Notes under the pieces: model-generated | What the model was told of the DNA's origin: nothing | Databases searched by the model: none | What the model saw: the letters and a program-made list of their open reading frames with translations, nothing else | In this document: positions 26,126 through 38,970 of the stretch, piece by piece | Layout: each line of letters begins with the position of its first letter | Numbering within the stretch: the stretch's first letter is position 1 | Assembly: GCA_036785375.1 (NCBI GenBank) | Contig: JAWMAR010000067.1 | Location: forward strand, 6,882,001 to 6,946,000 | Direction of reading: 5' to 3' | Source of the DNA: Leucoraja ocellata | Lineage: Eukaryota | DNA: 64,000 bases | Program-made: the position numbers and the translations under genes

Positions 26126-28783
26126 CAGGGCTCTCACTTAACATTTCTTCCTGTTGCCAGCCGGGCAACCTAGGCAGCTTTTTAGGTTGCCAAATGACAG
26201 TTTAGGTGGTCATTTAGGACTGTTTGCAAGACGTGCGATAATGTGCTTGGACGAAGTGCGTAGTTACCAGTGGGAATTATGCTTAATGAAGCATTCACAT
26301 GTTATTTCTGCTTCAAATAAAATCACAAACTGAACATATTCACCAATCAAGACATGATATATACCACAATGACATGCAGTAAAATTATAATACAGTATTT
26401 CAACTCTTTTTACACATTGCAATGAATACAATTTCTATTAGTTCCTACCACTTCCAAACAAAAATGTGGTTGGATTATCCAGCTTATGATCAACCTGTGT
26501 CAATAAATCCTGAACCATGGTAACATATATGATTAACCATGCACACTACAGATTGATGCAAGCATGTTTTCTGTGAAGGACCGAAAATTACCATAACATG
26601 GCCTTGGCATGGGTCGTTATTGCTATTGGCACAAAAACACTCGCTTCCCACATAATTTATCCATAACAAAATATACAGGTTGCATGGAAATTTCTAAAGG
26701 CATTTTATGATAATAGCTGATAAAACCGACTATACCCATCTGACAGGTTAAACATTACACTAACTGACAAGAGATGGCCAAAGGACATAACTGCAGCAAA
26801 TGTTCTTTTGGTAATATGTTTAAAGATGTCAAAACGTCACATTACCGGACATTCAAATTAGATGTACGTGGTGTGAACAATAATGAAGATACCCAATTTG
26901 TACGCACCAGATTTTAAAAAATAATTTAGAATTCCGTCATTCCCACTTCAGAATTAACATTAAAATTCCAACTGAAATATCTCCTGACCAAATTTGTGAT
27001 GTGTATGACCGACTGTACAAGTAAAACCTGGATAAATCCAACGTATAGTTGTGAATGTCGCTCATTAAATAACTACAGTACTGATACTCCATATTAAGAG
27101 CATTGATTTGCCGTTAAATTGAATTCTGTAATAACGTGTCAACGGTAGCAGTGGCAATTGAACACTGTGGTTTTAATGTTTCACGTGTTCACAATTTAAT
27201 TAATCCATCATTATGGTCTTCAGAGCGAACATAGTCAGTGTTCGCTCTGAAGACATTTCCAGCACAATAGGGTCATGGAGGGGTGGGGGGGGGGGGGGGG
27301 GGGGGGGAGAGGGTGTGTGAATCAGTGCGGGGTGGATAGTTGAGAAATCAATCGGTGCGGAATGGATGGATTGAGGCGGTTGAATTAGTACCTGTTGGTT
27401 GGAGTATGTAAAATTGTGAGGGGAGAGCATGGGGGATGTCAGTGGTGTTGAATGGGGGGGATCAGTACAGGATGAATGGGGGTACACAAAAATGCTGGAG
27501 AAACTCAGCGGATGAGGCAGCATCTATGGAGTGAAGGAAATAGGCAACTTTTTGGGTTGAGACCCTTCTTCAGACTGTCCCCCCCCCCCCATTCTTCTTG
27601 AATGGGGGATCAGTACAGGATGGATGGGGGGGGGGGGGTCAGCGCAGGATGAATGGGGGATCAGTACAGGATGAATTGGGGGGGGGGGGTGGTCAGCAAG
27701 AGATGAGTGGGGGATCAGTACAGGATGAATTGGGGGATCAGTACAGGATGAATGAGGGGATCAGTGCAGGATGAATAAGAGGATCAGTACAGGGTGAATG
27801 GGGGGTAACAGTATAGGATGGATGGGGGAGCAGTGCAGGATGAATAGGGGGTGGGGGCAATGCAGGATGGATGGGAAGGAGGGTCAGTAGAGGATGAATT
27901 GTGGGACCAGTGTAGGATGGATGGGGGAGTGGCAGGAGAATCAATGCGAGGGGGATAGAGTGATCAGCGCAGGATGAATAGATTGGGGGGGGGGGGGGGT
28001 GTAGATGGGAAGGGGAGCATAGAGGATGTCAGTGAGGACTGAATAGAGGCGGGAATGGGGATCAGTGCGGGATGGGGAGGAGGGGTCTCCGGATAAGAGG
28101 GGTGGAGAGGAGAGGGGAGGGAGGGAGAGGGATGGAGGGAGGTCGAGGTCAGCGCTCTACGGACAATATCGTCCCGATGCCTTGGCCGTCGCTGTCCACC
28201 GCCAAGTGCCACCGCCAAAGGGGGAGGCGGTTAGGATCTCCTCGCCACCACCTCCCCTCTGCCAGCCAACTGGAAGGTGCGGGGCCGAGCGGTGCAGCTC
28301 AAAGATCATAGAGCTATAGGATCTTTGGTGCAGCTGCTTCAGACGGCGGAAGGAGGCCTCCCCCTCCCTCCCTTCTCCCGGCCTCGGCCTGCGAGGGGGT
28401 TTGTTTTGAAAGCGGTTATCGCCGTTAGCGGATTTGCAAGCAGTGGCCGCTATCAGGGCAGGCGGGGTGTGGGAGGAGGAGGTGGAGCCGCTGTCGTGGC
28501 CGCTGCTGCTGCTGCTGTGCGGGGCACGTCATTCGCTGCGACCCTTCATCACCCCGCACCTGATATCTTTGTCCCACACGACAGCCGTCGCTGACACGAA
28601 ACGTCACGTTCCTTTTCTCCAATGATGCTGCCTGACCCGCTGAGTTACTCCAGTTTTTTGTGTCTATCTTCGGTATAAACCAGTATCTGCAGTGCCAAGC
28701 CGGGCAAAATGACTGCGTTTAGATTGCCCGGCGGCACTTTGTGTGGTTATTGGCACCCGGGCAACTGCTAATTTCGAGCCCTG
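26126..28783. mobile_element. Composite hAT-like non-autonomous element
   Basis: CAGGGCTC...GAGCCCTG ends, subterminal ccgggcaac motifs at both ends, ATATT directly flanking both sides. Confidence 0.65.
27440..28070 (+). repeat. G-rich minisatellite, unit ~(ggggatcagtacaggatgaatgg)n
   Basis: More than 15 degenerate ~22-30-bp units with variable G tracts; interrupted by a Penelope-type repeat at ~27482-27577. Confidence 0.85.
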
Positions 28784-30309
28784 ATATTAAGCCGAGACAA
28801 CACTATCAACATAAATTATGGGTACCATGAACTACCTCAGCCTCACTAGGCACATCAAGAACACAAAGTAAACATTCCTTTGGCTACTTTAGGAGAAACT
28901 AACATTAATATTCCTCTCCAATGGTCAAAAATTCCAGGACAGCTCATTGGCTATGATACATATTCTTTATTTTCTCTGTTACATGCATTTCTGTTGGGCA
29001 TATTTTGGAACAAAACCATTCACTCCATGAGTTTCCAATTTAATCCTGCAATAATTTCATGTTTAACCAACTTTAATTGATGTTCTCCATCTGATCCTCA
29101 AATTTTCTTGCACCATATCTCATGGATAGAATTGAATGGACAACTTTCTAAAGTATAATTTCCTTGATTGAAAAATCCCCCATCATATATTGTGGTAATC
29201 AAGGAATATTAAACTGCTCACTTCTCATCGGGCATTGGCCTCATTCTGATGATTCTACCGTCTGAGAAAAAGACAGAAAAGGGGAACTGCCTTAAGATTT
29301 CCATTATGTGGTGTGTCTGAATGTACAAGTCTTAATATTGTACAGGCAGTTGTGAATTTATGACCACCGAATACATGTTTTGGAGATAACATTTCCAGCA
29401 TTGTGTGACTTTATTCAGTGAAAGTTGAAAATGAAAGCAAGAACAGTAGGAGGTACAGGTGATATGAAAACCTCCAGAAAATTCAAAGGGAAATTTGAAC
29501 AGGTCATTAACAGATCAATTTATATCATTAATCAACACATCTCAAGTGTATTCATCGAACAGATATTAGCTGATTCCGATCTCGAGGGGATGTGAATGGA
29601 TGTGACAATGACTTTCAAGGAAGAAGCCTTTGTTAGATTTATTTTGAGTACGTTTTGCATTCCCACAGGAACATTTCTTCACAAGGAGTCTGGACAAGAG
29701 AATTGCATGTGCAGTTAGAGCTCTGGTATAGACTCACTTCCAAGTGTTATTTCCTCATCAAGAGTACAGTATCACAGATTTTCACTGCAAGTATTTTAGT
29801 TCAGCCGATATTTTAGATTCTGGGGTTGAGGGTTGTTACTAATTGTTACATGTACTAAACTCTCATTTGGTTGTATGCAGCCAGGGCAATTTTTTCTGGC
29901 ATCATGTTATACCAACCATTTTTCTTTTTAAATCATCTAATTTTTATTTTCAACTGAAGCTGATGACTTGTTACTCAATTGAAGTTCTAACTTTAATAAT
30001 GTTTTAAATATGCTGCTGCACACCCACCAAGTGTTGAGATGTTTAATGGAGTCTGGGTTATATTATGTGTCAGTAGTTATAGAATGCAAGCAGGAATAGG
30101 CCATTCAGCCTACGATCTAATGAATGGTTCTGTAACTCTGTGATGGTGTTCTGAAAATTCACATCCTTTAACTTATTACTAATTATTTATTTTAAGGGAT
30201 GAGTACATTTTTAACACAATCACCTGTTATTATTCATCTAAAATTCAACTTGCTTCATGATCTTCCTAAAGTAATCCCTTTATCAAAACTTAATGGACGT
30301 TTTGATGCT

Positions 30310-31070
30310 AGACCTGTCCTTTAACATCTTCCATTTCTACTGTCCTGTGTCACAAACTGGCCTGCAAGTGAAGCAATCATTTACCCACACTCCCAGTCTA
30401 GAATACTGAATTTAATGTGGATGCCTCTTCATCAGCGAAAAGAGAGGCAGATTAGAATACTATTTTGCTAAGCATGTGTCATGAAGGGTTCTCTGAACTT
30501 CATATCCCTTCATATTTTAATTCTTTATCCCACTCCAACAATGAACTGGCTGTGTGTAGCCTCCTGCATTCGTATAACAAGGCCCAAAGTAAGCTTGAGG
30601 AACAACACCTCATTTTCTATCTGAGCATGTTGCAGCTTTGCCGACTCAGAAAATTATCGGGTAACTCTCTCTCTGTATCAGAACTGGCCATTTCTGCTGT
30701 AAGTTATTCTCCAGTTAATATTAGGTCTGGTTTACTTTTTCCCCATCAGCAAAGCCTGACCTGCTAACCATGTTTTTATACCGTTTAGTTTCCTATCTCT
30801 ATTTAATTTAATTGATCTATTGGCTTGAGAACCTGTACAATTTATTCCCTTAGCTACCTTACTCTCACCTGATCCAAGCCATTTCCTTTGTCTTATTCAT
30901 CCTCCTCCTCTTCCACCTTCTCTGCAACTTAAAACCTTTTTTTTTTCCTTTTCCAGTTCTGATGATGAACCTTCAACTTGAAATGTTGAATCTTTTCTAT
31001 TTTCACAGTGCTGCCTGACTTTCTGAATGTTTCCATCATTTTATGTTTTCTTTTCAGATATTCAGCGTCA
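30310..31070 (+). mobile_element. Degenerate Penelope-like element 3' part (GIY-YIG region plus terminal repeat)
   Basis: YFNSLSHS...KLEEQHLIFYL motif; terminal repeat with CTGATGA (30959) and GAAA (30980). Confidence 0.7.
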
Positions 31071-32228
31071 GTATACTTTTAATTTTCACTTTTTAGATTA
31101 TGTGATGCAGGCTTTTAAGTCTGGAGGTCTGGTGGAGCAACTGAACAGATCAGACAGCATCTGTGGCGGCAAAGCGATAGGTATGTCGACGAACATTTTG
31201 GTCCTGATGCAGGACCTTGATCCGAAATGTCAACTATCCCTTTGCCTTCAAAGATGCTGCGTGATCTGTTGAGTTCCACCAGGCATATTTATTTTTTGCT
31301 CCACATTCAAGTATTTGAAACCTGTTGTGTCTCCTGGGGACTTTAGTCTTTAGTCCCATGAGTTTACCTAGTTTCTTCACTTTTTATTTCTGATTTTCTC
31401 TTGGTGGGATGTTTTTCATTAAAACTACCAAGAAGACAGGTGCAAAATATGTACTTCAAGTCTTTGCCATTTTCTTGGTTCCTAATATCCATTCTCATTC
31501 TTTATGGATCGGCTTTTATATGTTTGCTTCCTTTTAAAAAAACAAACTAGGAGAAGCTCTGTCTGTTTTGATATATTTCTGGCTTTTTTATTCTCATAAT
31601 ATTTTTACTAATTTTTAGTCATCTTTTGCAGATGTCTAGATCTTTCCCATTCTTATGACCCATTGCTACAAGCTTTGTTTGGTTTATCTTCGGATTTTGT
31701 GTTATCCTTGTTTAATTATTGATCATTTTTAGTTATTTTTATTTCTCAATGGGATGTATATTTTGGTTCAATCCCAATTTAAAATTGCTTTATGTTAACA
31801 TGGTAGAAAAAAAACAAAGACGAAAAATATCATTATGCTCAAATTGAAAGTCAGGCTTAAGTTAGAAACTTGTGGCAAATATAGATTTCAAAACACATCT
31901 ACCTTGTGGCACAGATATACCCTTTTTTAAATTAATACAAGGACATTAACTAGCCGTACGATGTTGCGAGTAATTCCGTGTGTATATAAATAAATGGTCT
32001 GTGACCTATCAAGAAATGGAAAGAATTGTTTATTTTCTAATAGCTCTAAATTTAACAAGTGTATTCAAATGTGCCTAAAAAGCAACTGGTTATTTGAATA
32101 ATTAACTTGGACGTTGTGCATTGCTTAACTTAGCCAGTTCTATGAATCTGACTGGTCTGTCTTTTAATCCTCAAGAATTATATTCTTACAGTCATTCTCA
32201 ATGTGTATTATTTAATTTGTTTTTGTAG

Positions 32229-32346
32229 GGTAGTAGAGACAATATGAGCATTGTGCTGGTCTGCTTCCCTAATGCTCCCAAGGTGTCAGAAGAGGCGGTG
32301 AGAAAAGATGCTGAACTGAATAAATACCTGGAGTCTCGTGTTGAAG
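32229..32346 (+). CDS. PPM1B: PPM1B coding exon 2 ([39 protein letters not shown])
   Basis: ttttgtag|GGT acceptor and GAAG|gtggg donor; 118 nt; phase 0 continues the previous exon; carries the GSRDN metal-binding Asp motif. Confidence 0.96.
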
Positions 32347-33502
32347 GTGGGATAAGTTTGGCTTAACTGTTTCTATTAATAAGATTTTTTTAAATGGATG
32401 AATTGATCACCAAGTATTCATTAAAGTATTTATTTAGCACTTAGTTCCCCTTAGAATGAAACATTCCGGATCGAGGAAACATTTAAGAAACCTTTTTCCT
32501 TTTGTCTGTATTTTCAGCATAATGTGTAGGATAAAAGTGGACAATACATTTGTTTCTGTTCGTCATGGTTTTCTCTTTTATCTGTCAGACTGTGGGTGCT
32601 TTTCCGAATACTTTTCCGAATGTTATTGATCATCTATGCATGTTATTCCTTTTTAAAAAATCTTTTCAAAACTCATGTGCTGAGTACTTTACCTTATTCG
32701 ATTCACCACCAAGACTTGAGTAAACTCTTGTACTAAAGCAGTTTAGTTGAAGATGCTTGTGTAGGTATGAAATGCTTGCAGGAAATGGTGATGTCATGTT
32801 TGTATTGAGAACAACCATGTTCACTAAACTGGAAAGGACATTCACCAAGTTAGAACTGATCAATGTGGATTCATCTAAAAACACTTTCAATAACAGTCAT
32901 CTTAATGTAACGCCCTTAAGGATGATATGTGATCTAGAATTTTCCCTTTGTAGGTATGTCATTCTCCTTTGCTCAGGCCACAAAGATGTTCCCAAGAATG
33001 TGCATTCTGAAGGCAGACTGTTTAATAAAATATGGTATCTAGATTCTCAATAGATTGCAACTTCCTAGATAACGCATGTTATCAAATTGGCTGTATTTCA
33101 AAGAATGTTTACAAAGTTACACTCAAGATGTTCTCACCAGCCACTGCTAAGCTGCTTGTGTTTCTTTGAGAGAACAGTTTATCTCTAACAATGCAATACA
33201 CTGATTTGCTCGGCTGAGATTTTGAACTCAAATTATCAAGTAGTGCAGAAAACTATCAACCACTGCTAGCAGGCACAAGTTAGAACATTGGGTGCTGAAT
33301 TCAAGCAGCAATTATTCTCCATTAAATTCCAGAAATGAGGCACTTTCCTGCAAAGCTAAGATTACTGGACCAAGTTTTCAACACAATCTGATAAGTTAGG
33401 GAGGCTAATGAAATAGAGGTATATAATAAGCATAGAGACGTAAGGAAGTGCAGATGCTGGAATCTTGAGCAAGGAGCAAAGATCTGGAGTAACTCAGCAG
33501 GT

Positions 33503-36402
33503 CTATTGTGCCAGAGCTACTACACTCCAAACTTGTTGACTGTGCCTGAACCTCTCTGTTAGTGGATCACCAACTTCCTGACAGACAGGAAGCAGCATGT
33601 GAGGCTGGGAAAGCACATCCCGGACCCGCAAACGCTCAGCATAGGAGCACCGCAAGGCTGTGTACACTCTCCTCTCCTCTACTCTCTGTACACAAACGAC
33701 TGCACCTCCACAGACACCTCTGTCAAGCTTCTCAAGTTTGCGGACGACACGACCCTGATTGGACTGATCCAGGATGGGGAGGAATTTGCCTACAGACAGG
33801 AAGTGACACAGCTGGTATCCTGGTGCCATCGCAACAACATTGTGCTCAATGCTCTTAAGACAGTGGAATTGATTGTAGACTTTAGGAGAGCTCCCCCTCC
33901 CCTCACCCCACTCACCATCAACAACACCACAGTCACATCTGTGGAGTCTTTTAAGTTCCTGGGAACCATCATCTCCAAGGACCTTAAGTGGGGGGGGCTA
34001 CCATTGAATCCACAGTCAAAAAGACACATCAGAAGATGTATTTCTTGCGGCAGCTGAGGAAGCACAATCTGCCACAGGCAATGATGGTCCAATTCTACAC
34101 GGCCATCGTAGAGTCTGTTTTCACCTACTCCATCATTGTCTGGTTTGGCTCAGCCACCAAGCACAACACCTGGAGGCTGCAGCGAATCGTCCATTCAGCA
34201 GAGAAGATTATTGGCTGCAACCTTCCCTCCATTGATACACATCTAACCCTTAAGAATTTTGTAAGTTTCTATAAGATCCCCTCTCAATCTCGTAAATTCT
34301 ATAGAGTATAAACCAAGTCTATCCAGTCTTTCTTCATAAGACAGTCCTGACATCCCAGGAATCACTCTTGTGAACCTTCTCTGCACTCCCTCTATGGCAA
34401 TAATGTCCTTCCTCAGATTTGGAGACCAAAACTGTACGCAATACTCCAGGTGTGGTCTCACCAAGACCCTGTACAACTGCAGTAGACCCTTCCTGCTCCT
34501 ATACTCAAATCCTTTTGCTATGAAAGTTAACATCCCATTCGCTTTCTTCACTGCCTGCTGCATCTGCCAAACATTTGCCCACCCACCCAGCCTATCCAAG
34601 TCACCTTGCAGTCTCCTAGCATCCTCCTCACAGCTAACACTGCCCCCCAGCTTAGTGTCATCCGCAAACTTGGAGATATTGCCTTCAATTCCCTCATCCA
34701 GATCATTAATATATATTGTAAGTAGCTGGGGTCCCAGCAATGAGCCTTGCAGTACCCCACTAGTCACTGCCCGCCATTGTGAAAAGGACCCGTTTACTCC
34801 TACTCTTTGCTTCCTGTTTGCCAGCCAGTTCTCTATCCACATCAATACTGAACCCCCAATGCCATGTGCTTTAAGTTTGTACACTAATCTCTTATGTGGG
34901 ACCTGGTCGAAAGCCTTCTGGAAGTCCAGATACACCACATCCACTGGTTCTCCCCTATCCACGCTACTAGTTACATCCTCGAAAAATTCTATCAGATTCG
35001 TCAGACATGATTTACCTTTCGTAAATCCATGCTGACTTTGTCCAATGATTTCACCACTTTCCAAATGTGTTGCTATCCCATCTTTAATAACTGACTTTAG
35101 CAGTTTCCCCACTACCGATGTTAGACTAACTGGTCTGTAATACCCCGTTTCCTCTCTCCTTCCCTTCTTAAAAAGTGGGGTTACATTTGCTACCCGCCAA
35201 TCCTCAGGAACTACTCCAGAATCTAAAGAGTTTTGAAAGATTATTACTAATGCATCCACTATTTCTGGAGCGACTTCCTTAAGTACTCTGGGATGCAGCC
35301 TATCTGGCCCTGGGGATTTATCGGCCTTTAATCCATTCAATTTACCCAACACCACTTCCCGACTAACCTGGATTTCACTCAATTCTCCAACTCCTTTGAC
35401 CCGGTCCCCTGCTATTTCCGGCAGATTATTTATGTCTTCCTTAGTGAAGACGGAACCAAAGTAGTTATTCAATTGGTACTTTGGTACCATATCCTTGTTC
35501 CCCATGGTCAACTCACCTGTTTCTGACTGCAAGGGACCTACATTTGTTTTAACTAATCTCTTTCTTTTCACATATCTATAAAAACTTTTGCAGTCAGTTT
35601 TTATGTTCCCTGCCAGTTTTCTTTCATAATCTATTTTTCCTTTCCTAATTAAGCCCTTTGTCCTCCTCTGCTGGTCTCTGAATTTCTCCCAGTCCTCTGG
35701 TATGCTGCTTTTTCTGGCTAATTTGTACGTATCATCCTTCGCTTTGATACTATCCCTGATTTCCCTTGTTATCCACGGATGCACTACCTTCCCTGATTTA
35801 TTCTTTTGCCAAACTGGGATGAACAATTTTTGTAATTCATCCATGCAGTCTTTAAATGTCTTCCATTGCATATCCACCGTCAACCCTTTTAGAATTAATT
35901 GCCAGTCAATCTTGGCCAATTCATGTCTCATACCCTCAAAGTTACCTTTCTTTAAGTTCAGAACCATTGTTTCTGAATTAACAATGTCACTCTCTATCCT
36001 AATGAAGAACTCAACCATATTATGGTCACTCTTGCCCAGGGGGGCACGTACAACAAGCTGTACCCCTCTCTGACCCCTCTCACCCTGGCCACAAACTTTT
36101 TGAATTACTTCCCTCTGGAAGGCAACAGATTGTCAAAGCTGCCACAGCCAGACATAAAAACAGTTTTTATCCACGAGTAGTTGCTCTACTCAACAGCCAA
36201 AAATCTGTAGCCTCCCTTTGATCTGGTATTTTGTTGGTTCATATGCTTGATCAATGGTGTTTTATCATTAATGTCTTATTATTGTTAATGTTTAATGTTT
36301 TCTGAGTCATTCGTAACTATCACTATGTCATGTTGTTACTTGTGGGCGGAGCACCAAGGCAAATTCCTTGTATGTGAATACTTGTCCAATAAACTTACTT
36401 AC
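33503..36402 (+). mobile_element. Rex1-type LINE 3' half, split by a CR1 fragment
   Basis: GAPQGCVHSPLLYSLYTNDC...KFADDTT, KFLG, QKMYFLRQLRK (33503-34236); resumes at ~36065 (DPSHPGH) and ends aataaa(ctta)n. Confidence 0.9.
34243..36055 (-). mobile_element. Young CR1 ORF2 internal fragment (591-aa open frame, RT)
   Basis: KSPGPD, YRPVSLTS, QHGF, YLDFQKAFD, KFADDTKL, RPHLEYC; no 5' end and no 3' tail. Confidence 0.93.
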
Positions 36403-37313
36403 TTAGCAGTATCTTTAGAGGCAATATTTTGGGTGGGGACTCTTCCAAAGACCCAAAACGTCACCTGTCCTTTTCATCCACAGATGCTGCCTCTGCCGCT
36501 GAGTTACTCCAGCATTTTGTTTATAGGAGGCATGGTATATTGTTAAATGCTGCACCTCAGTGCAGTCTGAAATCTGATCAAATTTATGTTAGCTGCATGG
36601 CTCTCTCGATTTTTTTTCTTCTGTTCATCATGAGTACATTTGTGTAAAAAAATAAATCAGTTAAAATCCATCCACATCTGGATCATACAAAATTTATTGG
36701 GATATTATGAACGATATATCACAAAGGTAAGCCAGTAGGTAAAGCTATTACATTTTAGTGCCATTCCGAATTTTGCCATCATTTTCTAGTTTATCTTTCA
36801 TCATCTCGTTCATTGTTGAATTTTTCATATGAATGTTTTGCCATTGGTTTTACAGATGTCTAATAAACATAATTCAATTCATTACATGAACAAAAATATG
36901 GTTCCTCATTGAAATAAAACAGAAAATATAAGGAATTGTTCGTATGCCAGACAGCATCTGCAGAAAACAGGGGTTATTCTCCATAGTCACTAGCCTTTCA
37001 TCAGAACTATCAGAAATACATCGAGTATTTACTGTTATAATTTGATTTCCAGCATCTGAAGACTTTTACTTTTCCATGTTTCCTTAATGTTGTCTCTTTG
37101 CCAGTCATCATAAATCGGCATGTTCTGCTACTGAGGAAATTTTGTTTTTACTTAATTGAAATTGTTGCACTCAAGAATTTATTTTATTAACTGAACTTAA
37201 CTGCTCCAATGCTTTGGTGGAATTTGAATTCTTGTTTCTAGATCAGGCCACAACATTATTAAAGTATTCCTCGGTGAGATGAAAGTAATTTTAATTGCTG
37301 TCCAAAGTTAGGT

Positions 37314-38030
37314 TAGGTAGGGGGGAGGTACAGCGAGACCTGGGTGCCCTTGTACACCGGTCACTGAAAGTTGGCGCGTAGGTACATCAGGCAGTGAAGA
37401 AAGCTAATGGAATGTTGGCCTTCAATACAAGAGGATTTCAGTACAGGAGTAGCGAAGTTCTTCTGCAGTTGTATAGGGCTCTGCTCAGACCACATCTGGA
37501 GTATTGTGTACAGTTTTGGTCTGCTAATTTGTGGAAGGACACCCTTGTGATTGAGGCAGTGCAGCATAGGTTCACAAGTTTGATCCCTGGGATGGCAGGA
37601 CTGTCATATGAGGAAAGATTGAAAAATCTAGGCTTGTATTCACTGGAGTTTAGAAGGATGAGGGAGATCTTATAGAAACTTATAAAAGGACTGGACAAGC
37701 TAGATGCAGGAAAAATGTTCCCAATGTTGGGCGAGGCCTGAACCAGGGGCCTCAGTCTTAGAATAAAGGGGAAGCCATTTAAGACTGAGGTGAGAAAAAA
37801 CTTTTTCACCCATTTGTGGAATTCCCTGCCACAGAGGCCTGTGGAGGCCAAGTCACTGGATTGATTTAAGAGAGAGTTAGATAGAGCTCTAGGGGCTAGT
37901 GGAATCAAGGGGTATGGGAAGAAGGCAGGCACGGGTTATTGATTGGGGATGATCAGCCATGATCACAATGAATGGCGGTGCTGGCCGAGTGGTCTCCTCC
38001 TGCACCTATTTTCTATGTTTCTATGTTTCT
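37314..38030 (+). mobile_element. CR1 3' end with (tttctatg)n tail
   Basis: KKANGMLAF...RPHLEYCVQFW; tail cctattttctatgtttctatgtttct. Confidence 0.9.
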
Positions 38031-38069
38031 AAAAAGCATTTAATCAGATGTTAGTTTTAAGGAACCTTA

Positions 38070-38970
38070 TTAAATTTGACACCGATGGGATACGGTGGAA
38101 AACTCGTTACATATCTCATCATACTGAAAGCAAAATGGTCCTGATCACTGGAGAATAATCATCTTGGCATCATCACAATTGTTCCTTTAGGTCAACCGTC
38201 TTCAGCTTCTTCTATGATGCCACATCGCAACTAACTTTTGTCATTTAGTCACAGGTAATGAATGTTCTTAACAATTGCTCAATGTTCAAATCCTGACAAT
38301 GTTTAGGCATGGATTTTGAACTGCAAGTCACGTCATGCCAAACACTTCTGTTTAAGAGGGTTTAGCTACAACTTTGTGCAAACCTTCAATGGCATTATTT
38401 TCTACCCGGCTATCAACATTTTAGTGTCATGTTAGACTAGAAATGTAACCCTATCAGTTGAGTACATTCATTGGTTATACAAACAACTCAGAAGCTGGAT
38501 ATTCTGCAGGAAGGGACTCGACTTCTGACTTCCTGGAGCTTTTACATTTACACGGAACAAGTTACAATTTCTTTTCTCAAGTTGCCTGCATGAGTTAGTT
38601 GCGACAATGCTCAAGAAGCTCAAGATCATCCTGGATAAAGGAATGTACTTGCTTAGTATTTACAAAATCTTCTGCTACAACTCGCCAATGCTCTTTGATG
38701 CCAACTTCCAAACCTGTTGTCATAAATAGCTTGAAAGATGAAAGCATCAGATACTCACAGTTACCTTTCAAGACACTGGCATTACTGACTTGAAAATGCA
38801 TCCCCATTCCTTCATTGTAACTTGGTCAACATTCTGAAACTCCTGACTCATCAATGCTCTGGGATCATTTTTACTGCAGAAGTTCAAAGTTCACCACCTC
38901 AGAGCTATTCAGAAAACTCATTAAATGCTAGCCCTGCCTCGCAAAGCATATCCACATCTAACGAAGAATC
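38070..38970 (+). mobile_element. Ancient degraded CR1/L2-clade LINE 3' region (related 3' end at ~11920-12180)
   Basis: Decayed RT-like sequence and a 3' end (ctgacttgaaaat...taaatgct...ccacat) shared with 11920-12180. Confidence 0.45.
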
